DNA of 64,000 nucleotides from Parachlamydiales bacterium (GTDB lineage Bacteria; Chlamydiota; Chlamydiia; Chlamydiales; JAJFMK01): NCBI GenBank assembly GCA_963704365.1, contig OY969899.1, positions 872,421 to 936,420 of the forward strand, read 5' to 3'. Shown piece by piece: positions 54,962 to 64,000 of this stretch (position 1 is its first letter; each line of letters starts with the position of its first letter). The notes under the pieces were generated by a model. It saw only the letters and a program-made list of their open reading frames with translations, ran no database searches and was not told where the DNA came from. The position numbers and the translations under genes were made by a program.

Positions 54962-55510
54962 ATGGCACAACCAGCCACAGCCAAGCCTCCTGCTATCCCT
55001 TCAAATAACGGCCATTTAACCGAAGGGGCAATCTCAACATTCCCCCCCTCTCGTTTTTTTGCTAGATCTTCTTCAGTTGGGAAGTTAGCACATGAAGCAA
55101 TAGCTGAAGCAGCCGCAGCGATTCAAGAAGCAGGTCTGGTAAGAAAGCTCGAGAAAAAATTGGAAATATTTAAAACGCAACATCAACAAATGACGCTTGA
55201 AATCCAAGACCTACAAAAACAACAGAAGGAATTATTAGATCAATATACCGCCTTTTTAAGGGATTTTCAGACTGCTACTGCTGAATTAAAAGAACTCAAA
55301 GATCAAGATATTAATCCCGACCTTCAACAACAAAGTAGATTAACTACCCTTAGAAAACAGATTGATAGCCTAACTAGCCCCATAGATAGCATTGCAGCTA
55401 AGATTGCAGAAAAAAAAGAAGAACTTCATTTCTATGGTGAACGTGTAGCGGACACCGAGTTTAAAATTGAACAGGCTTCGATAGCCCAGGAAAATCTCCC
55501 TCAAACATAA
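54962..55510 (+). CDS. Coiled-coil protein, short paralog of the Inc-like gene lacking the hydrophobic domain
   Basis: ORF 54929..55510 trimmed to ATG 54962 (MAQPATAKPPAIPS..., compare MAQPSIPPSAP... of 52128). The shared ...LHFYGE/LSFYGE... coiled-coil segment lies near the C-terminus. Confidence 0.55.
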   Translation: MAQPATAKPPAIPSNNGHLTEGAISTFPPSRFFARSSSVGKLAHEAIAEAAAAIQEAGLVRKLEKKLEIFKTQHQQMTLEIQDLQKQQKELLDQYTAFLRDFQTATAELKELKDQDINPDLQQQSRLTTLRKQIDSLTSPIDSIAAKIAEKKEELHFYGERVADTEFKIEQASIAQENLPQT

Positions 55511-55535
55511 GTGATAGAGTTGAAAGAAGCAAAAT

Positions 55536-55828
55536 AACCACAAATAGATGGAATAAAAAAAGAGTAGAATGTCAGAGTCGATTATTCTAGAAGGGGCAAT
55601 TCAAAATCCTCTCTCTGTGCTCTCTGTGAGCTCTGTGGTAAAAAATAAAAAAAAGATCACCACAGAGCTCACGGAGAGCACAGAGAGTCATCTTGGGCCT
55701 TTCTTCGAAGATTAAAGCCGTTTTTGACTAAATTGATTTCTAAACGTTTCTTTGTAAGTAATTTGCTTTTAACAGATTGTTGAGAAATTGGTGTTCCTTA
55801 AGTTGATGCATATACCTGCTCATCCTGT
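55536..55828 (+). mobile_element. MITE-like repeat, copy 3 (5'-truncated)
   Basis: Matches copy 1 from AACCACAAATAGATGG onward, including the hairpin and the right TIR (CTTAAGTTGATGCATATACCTGCTCATCCTGT). The left TIR is missing. Confidence 0.75.
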
Positions 55829-55836
55829 CCTTCCGT

Positions 55837-56547
55837 CTACGGTTTGACTTGGATGTAGACATTGGTGGTGCCCCAAGGGAAACGGCCTTTCAGAACTTTA
55901 AAGATCGGAAACAGGGGTGTCCCCTCAGTCTCATTTAGGTACCAACTCACTGTAATCAGTTGAGTCCCTTTTTTTGCCTGCTCTAATTGTTTGCCAAGCC
56001 TCCTGATCTCGCTGTCACTGAGTGTGGTGCCGTAAAGAAAGATAGCATTAGCCTTGCCAAAATCGGCACTAAAGTAATCCCCTTCAAAGACTTCAATCCC
56101 TCGAACCCCTTGTGTCAACCGTTTTAACCGCTTCACAAATTCGGGCACTTTTTCATAGGCCATCACTTTGCAACCTAAAATCGTGTGGGCAAACAGAGCA
56201 ATCCGTCCCCTACCTGCACCACATTCGATTAAAGTTGTTTTTGACCCCAAGCCTGACTCTTTAGCAATTTCTGCAAAGGTTGTGATAGGGGTTTCCCCGT
56301 AAGTGTAGGAAGAAAGATCTCGCATCCCCTCTTTTTCGGCATAAAAGCGGGCCACTTTAAAAGGATTTTCAACAAACCCTTTCACCATCAAAGAAAAATC
56401 AGATCTGGCAAAATTTAAATTTCTGTAATATTTGAAAACAACTTTTAGATATTCCCAAAAGTCGAAAGCAAGAATTTTCAATTGGAGGGGAAAAACAGAA
56501 AGGCTTTCCCAAAGTTTTTGACTAAAGGAAGAGGCGGAAGACACCAT
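55837..56547 (-). CDS. Class I SAM-dependent methyltransferase
   Basis: Motif I LIECGAGRGRIALFA. The start is uncertain: the ORF extends to 56628 but would then overlap mgtE by 107 nt. Confidence 0.6.
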   Translation of the reverse strand: MVSSASSFSQKLWESLSVFPLQLKILAFDFWEYLKVVFKYYRNLNFARSDFSLMVKGFVENPFKVARFYAEKEGMRDLSSYTYGETPITTFAEIAKESGLGSKTTLIECGAGRGRIALFAHTILGCKVMAYEKVPEFVKRLKRLTQGVRGIEVFEGDYFSADFGKANAIFLYGTTLSDSEIRRLGKQLEQAKKGTQLITVSWYLNETEGTPLFPIFKVLKGRFPWGTTNVYIQVKP

Positions 56548-57976
56548 AGGCCACCAAAATAAACGTCGTGGTCGATAACAAGTCGTTGAATGCCGTGACA
56601 ATAGGGCCAGAAGCCACTGCTGGATCAATATTCATACGGTAGAAAAGGATGGGCGAAAATGTGCCGAGGCAAGTGGCGGTGAGGCAGGCAAAGAATAAAC
56701 CCGAGGCAACCATCAAACTGACCCCCAATGTATCTCCGCCTGTATGATATACACCCCATAGAGTAAGGAAATAGACAACAATTCCCCCACCGACACCGAA
56801 GATCAAGCTCAAGATGGAACCAACGACAAGTTCACTTGCAACGGCCTCTTTCCTCGATGTAGCAGAAAATTCCCCTTGAGCCATCCACCGGACTAAAATA
56901 GTACTACACTGAATACCCACATTTCCGCTCATCATGGCAATCAGGGGCACAAAAAATGGGACAAAGACAAACCAGCTCAAATCTTTGAAATGGGTCATGA
57001 CGGTACTTGTCGTGATACCGGCAATCAGGGTCACCACAAGCCAAGGGCTTCTATAAAGGATCCTGTTCCAAGTAGGGACGTCCTCGGAAACCTCTTCTGT
57101 CGTACCGGCAAAGCTGGCAATCGTTTCGTCTGCTAAATCTCGCATCGCTTCCACGGCATCTTCATACGAAATCACACCAACAAGTTTTCCCTCTTCGTCA
57201 ACAACAGGAAGGGCTGTGATCGAATAACGATCAACCAGGTCGACCACATCATCTCTTGGGGTATCGGGTACAACTTTGTGTTGAACCGGCGCCATGATCC
57301 GTCTTAAAGTGGTCTCAGGCGAATTCACAATCAAACTTCGACTAGGAACTACACCGATTAGCTCCCCTATTTGGTTAACCACAAAGATAGCACTCGTCAG
57401 ATCGACTCCAGGATTATTGCGGATGGCACGGCTTACATCACCAATCGTTTGGTCAAGCCCGAACGAAAAATATTCGTTTGTCATCAAACGACCTGCGCTA
57501 TAACGGCTATGGGATTGCAATTCCCGGATTTTCCGAGCTTTTTTGGGCTCTAAAATATCAAAAACTTTTTTAAGCCGCCGGGCAGGGAGATCGTCTAAAA
57601 CGGCAACAGCTTCGTCAGCTGGCATTTGATCAACGAGTTTTTGGATTTCCTGATCGCTTAACTGACGCAAGATGGCCGAACGGGTGTTACTTCCCGTATG
57701 GATCATGAAAATACATTTTGATTCTAGATCGGGTAGGTTGTCATAGACAATGTAACGAGCTCGGGCAGGCAAGCGGGTGACCGCATGGGCCAAGTCGATC
57801 GGGTCGAATTCAGAGGCAATGGCTGCCACTTCATGCAGCACAACCTTCTGCGTCTCAGACTCAAAGGCGTTATCCAGGCACTGGTCTAAATAATCGTCAA
57901 CAAGCTCAGTATGACTTTCCGGGACCTCTTTTTGTCCCACATCGCTTGTCTCGTCTTCAAACTGGCCCAAAATCAA
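56522..57976 (-). CDS. mgtE: Magnesium transporter MgtE
   Basis: MgtE N-domain (QLSDQEIQKLVDQMPADEAVAVLDDLP), a CBS pair and a C-terminal 5-TM MgtE domain. The TTG start is uncertain. Confidence 0.85.
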   Translation of the reverse strand: MILGQFEDETSDVGQKEVPESHTELVDDYLDQCLDNAFESETQKVVLHEVAAIASEFDPIDLAHAVTRLPARARYIVYDNLPDLESKCIFMIHTGSNTRSAILRQLSDQEIQKLVDQMPADEAVAVLDDLPARRLKKVFDILEPKKARKIRELQSHSRYSAGRLMTNEYFSFGLDQTIGDVSRAIRNNPGVDLTSAIFVVNQIGELIGVVPSRSLIVNSPETTLRRIMAPVQHKVVPDTPRDDVVDLVDRYSITALPVVDEEGKLVGVISYEDAVEAMRDLADETIASFAGTTEEVSEDVPTWNRILYRSPWLVVTLIAGITTSTVMTHFKDLSWFVFVPFFVPLIAMMSGNVGIQCSTILVRWMAQGEFSATSRKEAVASELVVGSILSLIFGVGGGIVVYFLTLWGVYHTGGDTLGVSLMVASGLFFACLTATCLGTFSPILFYRMNIDPAVASGPIVTAFNDLLSTTTFILVAYGVFRLFL

Positions 57977-58056
57977 AACACCTATCAGCTAGAAAATGTA
58001 ACCTCTTAACCTGTTTCAAATCAAATACTACTTATGGTAATCTTTTGCCACCTATT

Positions 58057-59862
58057 ATGAAAAAGAACGTCCTCCCCGCCAATAAAATCCGTAACATTGC
58101 CATCATCGCTCACATCGACCATGGCAAAACTACCATGCTCGACAGCTTGTTGAAGCAGACACACACCTTCCGCGACAACCAAGCGGTGGACGAGCGGGTC
58201 ATGGACTCGTACGACCAGGAAAAAGAGCGTGGCATCACGATCTTTGCTAAACATACATCTGTGATGTTCCACGATACGAAGATCAACATCATCGACACCC
58301 CAGGTCACGCCGACTTCTCTGGAGAAGTGGAAAGGATTTTGGGAATGGTCGACTCCGTTCTCTTGCTGGTCGACGCTTTGGAAGGGCCGATGCCGCAAAC
58401 ACGGTTTGTTCTTTCAAAAGCCCTTCAGATGGGTCTAAAGCCGATTGTTGTGATCAACAAAATCGACAGACCACACGCAGCTCCAGACAAAGTGCTCGAT
58501 CAGACATTCGACCTGTTCGTCGAGCTAGGGGCAACCGATTCACAACTCGACTTCAGACATATCTATGCTTCAGGTTTGGCCGGCTTTGCTTTCAAGCACA
58601 TCGACGACGAGCGCAAAGATATGACACCTCTCTTCGAGATGATACTTGAAGCAGTCCCCCCTCCTGGCGGCGACATCGATGAGAAGTTTTTAATGCACGT
58701 CTCGACCACCTCTTTTGACGACTTTTTGGGCCGTCAAGCCTCAGGCAGAATTTTGCAAGGGACTGTCAAAAAAGGAGACACGATTATCCACGTGGACGAA
58801 AATGGGAAAGAAAACCGCCGTCAAGCCACAAAAATCGAAGGTTATCAAGGGATCATAAAAGTTGAAATGGAAGAAGCAGGCGCAGGCGATATTGTCAGCA
58901 TCTCTGGTATTCCTGAAATCATCATCGGCGACACCCTTTGTTCTCCTGAAAAAATCGTCAAACTACCCCGCATCAAACTCGAAGAGCCTACCGTTTCGAT
59001 CGATATCTGCGTCAACTCCAGCCCTTTTGTCGGCCGGAGCGGTAAACATGTGACGATCAATAAAATTAAAGAACGCCTTGAGAGAGAAAAAAAGGCTAAT
59101 ATTTCCCTTAAAATCGACCTCACCTCTTCACAAGATAAAATTTCTGTCGCCGGTAAAGGGGAATTGCATTTGGCCGTTCTGATTGAAGCGATGAGAAGAG
59201 ATAATTTCGAATTTTCTTTGATGAAGCCACGCGTTATCACCAAAATGATCGAAGGTGTCTTGCATGAACCACAAGAGAGAGCCACTCTACAAGTGCCTGA
59301 AGAATTTGCAGGTACTGTCATTGAAGAGATGAGCCGCCGTAAAGGGGAGATGCAAAATCTTTCTACTAATGAACACGGCATCACTCAACTAGAGTTCCTG
59401 ATCCCAACCCGCGGGCTGATGGGTCTTCGAAACTCTTTCCTGACAATGACACGTGGTCTTGGTATTTTAACCTCTGTTTTCGACAAGTATGTTCCTCACA
59501 GAGGGGAAATCCCAGGCCGTAAGCGTGGTGTGCTTGTTTCGATGTGCCAAGGGCAAGTGACAGCTTATGCCTCCTTCTCTTTACAAGAGCGGGGCGAGCT
59601 ATTCCTCTCTCCTGGTGAAGAGGTTTACGAAGGGATGATTGTCGGTGAGCACTCTCGTGATAACGACCTCGAGGTCAACCTCACGAAAGGTAAGCAGCTG
59701 ACAAACGTCCGGGCATCTGGTAGTGATGAGAATATCATCCTCACCCCTCCCCGCCGTTTCAGCCTTGAGCAAGCGATCGACTTCATTGCAGATGATGAGT
59801 GGATCGAGGTGACTCCAAGTGTCATCCGGATGAGAAAAGCCCCTGTTCAAGCCAAAAGATAG
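58057..59862 (+). CDS. typA: Translational GTPase TypA/BipA
   Basis: ORF 57946..59862 trimmed to ATG 58057 ([26 protein letters not shown]). DTPGHADF and NKID motifs. BipA-type C-terminal domain. Confidence 0.9.
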   Translation: MKKNVLPANKIRNIAIIAHIDHGKTTMLDSLLKQTHTFRDNQAVDERVMDSYDQEKERGITIFAKHTSVMFHDTKINIIDTPGHADFSGEVERILGMVDSVLLLVDALEGPMPQTRFVLSKALQMGLKPIVVINKIDRPHAAPDKVLDQTFDLFVELGATDSQLDFRHIYASGLAGFAFKHIDDERKDMTPLFEMILEAVPPPGGDIDEKFLMHVSTTSFDDFLGRQASGRILQGTVKKGDTIIHVDENGKENRRQATKIEGYQGIIKVEMEEAGAGDIVSISGIPEIIIGDTLCSPEKIVKLPRIKLEEPTVSIDICVNSSPFVGRSGKHVTINKIKERLEREKKANISLKIDLTSSQDKISVAGKGELHLAVLIEAMRRDNFEFSLMKPRVITKMIEGVLHEPQERATLQVPEEFAGTVIEEMSRRKGEMQNLSTNEHGITQLEFLIPTRGLMGLRNSFLTMTRGLGILTSVFDKYVPHRGEIPGRKRGVLVSMCQGQVTAYASFSLQERGELFLSPGEEVYEGMIVGEHSRDNDLEVNLTKGKQLTNVRASGSDENIILTPPRRFSLEQAIDFIADDEWIEVTPSVIRMRKAPVQAKR

Positions 59863-59880
59863 CCGAAACAGAACAAGATA

Positions 59881-59942
59881 AAGAAGATCGCCTCCGGCGA
59901 AAGGATGAAAACACTTATCCTTTCGCCGGAGGCGATCTTCTT
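59881..59942. terminator. Perfect 26-bp-stem hairpin between convergent genes (bidirectional terminator candidate)
   Basis: AAGAAGATCGCCTCCGGCGAAAGGAT (59881..59906), a 10-nt loop, then ATCCTTTCGCCGGAGGCGATCTTCTT (59917..59942). Confidence 0.7.
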
Positions 59943-60003
59943 TATCCTGTTAAGTTATTTTTTTGAGTTTGTTCTCCTGTAGCGTAATAGTAGGCTACTG
60001 CAT

Positions 60004-60741
60004 TTAAAGGAGTCTGCTGGAAATGCTTAAAGCTGCCAGTGGAACACTGATAAAAAAGACGATAGCGGTTGTAACAGCAATGGCCCTAGGGGGAAGACTT
60101 GTCATTATGCCAATCCTGATCGCAAAATCTGCGAAATCATGTCCATTTTTTTGAGCTTCTAATATCTGTTCGTAACTCATTCTTGCAGCCTCAATAGGAT
60201 AGTTGGAACTTACAATGTGATGAGTAAAACCGCAGACTATTAAGCTAGAACCTATTACAGGTAGAAAATGTAAAAGAGCTATACCAGCTGTCAAAATGGC
60301 AGTTTCCAAAATAAGACCGGGTATGGAACCGGCTAAAGATATCCAAGCTTGTTTCCCGTTTTCCCCAATGAGTTTTCCAATATAATTAGGTTTACCGCTC
60401 CCAAATACCACAAATCCTTCCGGAGAGTCAGGTTCATTTTTATAGTGATGTCCCCTCAGGAAAAAAGTAGGTAATTGAGAACCTTCTGCACTGTAATCTG
60501 TTGTTAAATAACAACCTAGCCAGATATGACCAATACATTCATGTAAGGCATCCGAAATACCGCTTGTTTTAATAAAATGAGCAGCCTGAAGCCCAACTAC
60601 TGTGCCCAATAAACAGCCTTGAAAGAAGGGATGGTTATTGACTAATTTAGAAACAGTGTCTACGACGCCCCGCTTGGGAACAAACATAGAGGCTCGGCTT
60701 AAGGGAGCGAGATTTGAAGTAGAAGATACAATACCAATCAT
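60004..60741 (-). CDS. Hypothetical polytopic membrane protein (245 aa)
   Basis: Several hydrophobic segments and an HECIGH motif (HExxxH, only loosely metalloprotease-like). No family recognised. Confidence 0.45.
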   Translation of the reverse strand: MIGIVSSTSNLAPLSRASMFVPKRGVVDTVSKLVNNHPFFQGCLLGTVVGLQAAHFIKTSGISDALHECIGHIWLGCYLTTDYSAEGSQLPTFFLRGHHYKNEPDSPEGFVVFGSGKPNYIGKLIGENGKQAWISLAGSIPGLILETAILTAGIALLHFLPVIGSSLIVCGFTHHIVSSNYPIEAARMSYEQILEAQKNGHDFADFAIRIGIMTSLPPRAIAVTTAIVFFISVPLAALSISSRLL

Positions 60742-60778
60742 AAGTCAGGATTATACTAAATTAAAATAATTAATTATA

Positions 60779-61289
60779 GTAAATTCTTCTATTTTGTAAG
60801 CGCTGCCCAGAAAATCGGGAATTAAGCTAAGGAAGCGCCCCCTCTAATCATTTCTTCTTTTCTTTGAGCCGCTCGACGAGAGCTTCGAAATGGGGGGTAG
60901 AACGTACAGCTTCGAGCCACTCGTCTTCGATGAGCTCTTCGTGTGGAGGAAGGGCTCCCATCACCTCAGCTCGACTGAGGAAACGGTTAGAGGCATCAAG
61001 ATTCCCTTGAAGAGAGTGCAGGCAAGCCAAATGATAGCTGGCATGCAAGTTACCGTGTCGCCGAGCCCACTCTAAGCGATCTTCGGCCTCTCGAAAAACA
61101 GCTTCTTTTCTTCCTGGAAGGGAAGGATCATCGACAAGTTCTGCAAAGCTTAAGAGAGAAACTCCCCATTCAGCAAACACCACATCATCTTCTGGGTCTT
61201 TTTCTGCTTGAGATTTGAATAGTTCAAAAGCCCGCTCGAAACATTCTGGCTCGCTTGTGGCCTCTCCCAAATGAGAAAGGACAGACGCC
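60779..61289. repeat. ~511-bp direct repeat, copy A
   Basis: Colinear with 62636..63146 at a constant offset of 1857 nt, with about 15 substitutions counted by eye. Confidence 0.85.
60848..61270 (-). pseudogene. Duplicated 3' fragment (140 codons) of the TPR gene at 62705..63931
   Basis: The encoded GEATSEPECFERAFELFKSQAEKDPEDD...VERLKEKKK is nearly identical to the C-terminus of the 408-aa protein. It has no genuine start or N-terminal part. Confidence 0.75.
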
Positions 61290-61498
61290 CCTAATGGCGT
61301 TTATTATTAATAGTTATTGGTTCTGATTGAAATGACTACAAGCCCAACTACTTGGCGTGGCGACAACTCTTAATCAGCTCCATTATGGAACCCCGAAGCT
61401 ACCCTCTTTTCTGCGCTCCAAACTGACTGTTATATCTGTTTACGAGGAAGCTAAAACAATCCCGAGTTTTTCCCCTATTATGAAGAGGTCCGAAGGAG

Positions 61499-61831
61499 TC
61501 AGTGTAAAATAACATTAACCCCTTTACGTCGAACAAGGTTCAATAAAACGAGCGTAGCCCCTGTAGGCTCTTTTAAGCCTCTTTCTAGCTGAGAGATGTA
61601 ACCAACTGTTAGGTTGAGGTAACTAGCGAATACGGCCTGACTAAGATGCGCATGTTCGCGTAACATGCGAATTTCTTCACCAGTCACCCGTTCTATTTTT
61701 GGACGATCCTCTTTGCTAAGATGTCTCATTGTGATTTTTTTGTAGGCTTGCTCATCCAAGATTCCGCCGTCTGACATATCTTTTGCAGTTTCGAGAAGAG
61801 CTTTTTTCAATCGACTAGATTTCTTTGTCAT
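61499..61831 (-). CDS. XRE-type HTH antitoxin (COG2944/NadS-like)
   Basis: 110 aa with the C-terminal HTH IRMLREHAHLSQAVFASYLNLTVGYISQLERGLKEPTGATLVLLNLV. Overlaps the upstream toxin gene by 17 nt. Confidence 0.75.
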   Translation of the reverse strand: MTKKSSRLKKALLETAKDMSDGGILDEQAYKKITMRHLSKEDRPKIERVTGEEIRMLREHAHLSQAVFASYLNLTVGYISQLERGLKEPTGATLVLLNLVRRKGVNVILH

Positions 61832-62213
61832 AATTTACCTCTTGTAAAAGACCATTAGAAAGCGAACGACTAAGCTCTTTATCGCTTGCCTTAAACCATG
61901 CAACGGCCATTTCTTTGAACGTCGTTAATTCGTCATCATTAATGTTTTCGCGTTCGTTCTTCGCAAAACCGTAGAGAAACACAGCTCGTTTGCCCTTCTT
62001 GTAGGCAACTACTGTACGATATCCCGATGACCGACCTTCTCCTTTTCTTGCGATCCTTAGTTTGATAACATTCCCCCCTAATTCAGCGTCAACAAGTCCA
62101 CGCTCTGCGCGTTTTATCGCTTCTTTCAAAGAATCATCATCAATATGTGCCTTTAGCGCATACCGCCCAAACCACTTCGTTTTAAAAACCCGCAAGATGT
62201 CCCTCCTTAACAT
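61815..62213 (-). CDS. RelE/ParE-superfamily-like toxin (DUF1044/COG4737 type)
   Basis: ORF trimmed to ATG 62213. ...RVFKTKWFGRYALKAHIDDDSLKEAIKRAERGLVDAELGGNVIKLRIARKGEGRSSGYRTVVAYKKGKRAVFLYGFAKNEREN matches the family I know as the toxin partner of COG2944 antitoxins. Confidence 0.7.
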   Translation of the reverse strand: MLRRDILRVFKTKWFGRYALKAHIDDDSLKEAIKRAERGLVDAELGGNVIKLRIARKGEGRSSGYRTVVAYKKGKRAVFLYGFAKNERENINDDELTTFKEMAVAWFKASDKELSRSLSNGLLQEVNYDKEI

Positions 62214-62635
62214 AAGGGTAACACCATGAACTATACTTTGCAATAAGGGGGTGTTTTGCTTTAGTTATAAGCCGATCATGGTTGCAGCGTTTTCCTGCAA
62301 CTTGTTAGTGCGCCGCAGGAACGCCTTTTTAAGGCGGATATTAACGATGTTTTGGCGAGGTTTCGTGAAGCGTGTGAAAGGAGAGGAGAAAGCTTCTCAA
62401 TAGTTCATGAATAGCTGGTTGCGTCACCCCTTGCGCGTAAAGATAGTTGTTGTGACTTTTCAAGTTGCTCAAGAAGTGTTTGGATGAGGACAACCAACCC
62501 CTTCATAGAGGTCGATTCGCGCACTTCAGGAGAAAATATAGCAAGAATGCCTTCGAAGTTCATGCTTGAACATGATCTGCGAAACCAGACTTAACGACAA
62601 TAAAAAATTTAGGAAATCTCTATTGGTGTCTGACC

Positions 62636-63146
62636 GTAAATTCTTCTATTTTGTAAGCGCTGCCCAAAAAATCGCGAATTAAGCTAAGGAAGCGCCTCCT
62701 CTAATCATTTCTTCTTTTCTTTGAGCCGCTCGACAAGAGCTTGGAACTGGGGGGTAGAACGTACAGCTTCAAGCCACTCGTCTTCGATGAGCTCTTCGTG
62801 AGGAGGAAGGGCTCCCATCACCTCAGCTCGACTGAGGAAATGGTTAGAGGCATCAAGATTCCCTTGAAGAGAGTGCAGGCAAGCCAAATGATAGCTGGCA
62901 TGCAAGTTACCGTGTCGCCGAGCCCACTCTAAGCGATCTTCGGCCTCGCGAAAAACAGCTTCTTTTCTTCCTGGAAGGGAAGGATCATCGACAAGTTCTG
63001 CAAAGCTTAAGAGAGAAACTCCCCATTCAGCAAACACCACATCATCTTCTGGGTCTTTTTCTGCTTGAGATTTGAACAGTTCAAAAGCCCGTTCGAAACA
63101 TTCTGGCTCACTTGTAGCCTCTCCCAAATGAGAAAGGGCAGACGCC
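62636..63146. repeat. ~511-bp direct repeat, copy B (3' end of the intact TPR gene plus downstream sequence)
   Basis: See copy A at 60779..61289. Confidence 0.85.
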
Positions 63147-63931
63147 AAATTAAACCTGACATAAGGGTGTGGAGGCTCTGCCGTTAAAGCTCGTGTTAAG
63201 AAGTAGATAGCCTTTTCATAATCACTTACTTGCATGGTTTGGTCGCCAAGCAGGTCGTAAGCACAGCCCAGGTGGTATAACCATTCACTTGGAGGCGCCT
63301 CATTACCAAGCGACTTCAAAGCTTGCTCAAGTTTTTGGATCGCATGACCAACCCAGCTTTGATCCTGCGTTAATTCTGCTAACTTTAGAAGGCAAAAACC
63401 CCAATCGGCAAAAAAGAGACCAGGAGCCTCTTTCAGGTGGGCAAGCGCTTCTGCAAAAAACCAAGAGGCTTTTTCAATAACTTGAGCCTCACTTTTCATC
63501 TCCCCTAATAAGGTCAAAGAACGGGCTAGACCCCAAAATCCGTCACCGGAAGTAGGATCGATAGAAAGTGCCTCAAAATAGGCTTCAGTTGATAACTCAA
63601 CTAAACTTTGGTCTTGCAAAAACGACCCTTCTTCAAAATACCCTTCCGCTAAAAGTTCAAGAGGACGGTTATTTTCTGGAAATAGGTCTGAAATATACTC
63701 TAAAAGATTTTGCCCCTCTCGCAGAAGGTCAACCCTCTCCCCATCAGCCCCCATTCCTAAAAATGTTTCACCCAATAGGAGGGTCAATTCTGTCGAGTCA
63801 TGACCTAGAGCTTCTACTTTCTGAAACTGCTCTAAGGCCTTTTCATAAAGATTAAAGTCCCCTTTAAATCGGGCTGCATGCAGATAAAAACGACCTTTTT
63901 CCAGCCACTCTTCGACCCCCTCACTGGGCAA
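62705..63931 (-). CDS. TPR-repeat protein (408 aa)
   Basis: Repeated A..YF..AL...P helical pairs throughout. TTG start, with an in-frame TAA 11 codons upstream. Confidence 0.7.
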   Translation of the reverse strand: MPSEGVEEWLEKGRFYLHAARFKGDFNLYEKALEQFQKVEALGHDSTELTLLLGETFLGMGADGERVDLLREGQNLLEYISDLFPENNRPLELLAEGYFEEGSFLQDQSLVELSTEAYFEALSIDPTSGDGFWGLARSLTLLGEMKSEAQVIEKASWFFAEALAHLKEAPGLFFADWGFCLLKLAELTQDQSWVGHAIQKLEQALKSLGNEAPPSEWLYHLGCAYDLLGDQTMQVSDYEKAIYFLTRALTAEPPHPYVRFNLASALSHLGEATSEPECFERAFELFKSQAEKDPEDDVVFAEWGVSLLSFAELVDDPSLPGRKEAVFREAEDRLEWARRHGNLHASYHLACLHSLQGNLDASNHFLSRAEVMGALPPHEELIEDEWLEAVRSTPQFQALVERLKEKKK

Positions 63932-64000
63932 TTCAGTCGTAAAGAACCGGATACTCCAGGTTAATAACTCTTCAGAGGGAGACTCTTGAAAAAGACTTAA

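Noticed and set aside
62244-62635. Short minus-strand ORF (MNFEGILAIFSPEVRESTSMKGLVVLIQTLLEQLEKSQQ...) between the toxin gene and repeat copy B, possibly a transposase relic
   Set aside because: It is under 60 codons and has no diagnostic motif. The resemblance to IS66-type N-terminal leucine zippers is too vague to call.

Overview
This 64-kb window looks like chromosomal DNA from an environmental, Parachlamydiaceae-like member of the Chlamydiae. It carries the conserved chlamydial block rpsA-nusA-infB-rbfA-truB-ribF, ychF, and the type III secretion sub-cluster sctU(cdsU)-sctV(cdsV)-copN-scc1 followed by malQ. It also carries an NTT-type nucleotide transporter, an Inc-like protein with a bilobed hydrophobic domain, riboflavin genes (ribE-ribBA-ribH), mgtE and typA. 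The most interesting part is a ~12-kb accessory island (about 10.4-22.5 kb) that interrupts the conserved order between ribF and ychF. The island encodes a BTB/POZ+LRR eukaryote-like protein, a small membrane protein and a 1,915-aa chimeric protein. The chimeric protein combines a P-loop GTPase, a glycine-rich repeat block, a hydrophobic hairpin and a C-terminal CE-clan Ulp1/ChlaDUB-like cysteine protease. The cassette holding the chimeric gene and the small membrane-protein gene is bracketed by perfect 55-bp direct repeats and preceded by a G10 tract in its putative promoter. Next to it lie an ISNCY-like IS element and decayed paralog remnants. Other accessory content: (1) a Fic protein with an AbiEi-like N-terminus and five 23-bp tandem repeats in its promoter, inserted next to the T3SS genes; (2) a ~320-350-bp MITE-like element in three copies, two of which are inverted and flank a Hanks-type kinase plus the rib operon; (3) three tandem paralogous TPR proteins with TATAAT boxes 6-7 nt upstream of their ATGs; (4) a toxin-antitoxin cassette between ~511-bp direct repeats derived from the 3' end of a TPR gene. 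Three otherwise conserved genes (infB, sctV, one TPR paralog) are split by single-base frameshifts, so sequence quality must be checked before calling them pseudogenes. I found no rRNA, tRNA or CRISPR array. All family assignments come from reading motifs by eye; no database search was run.
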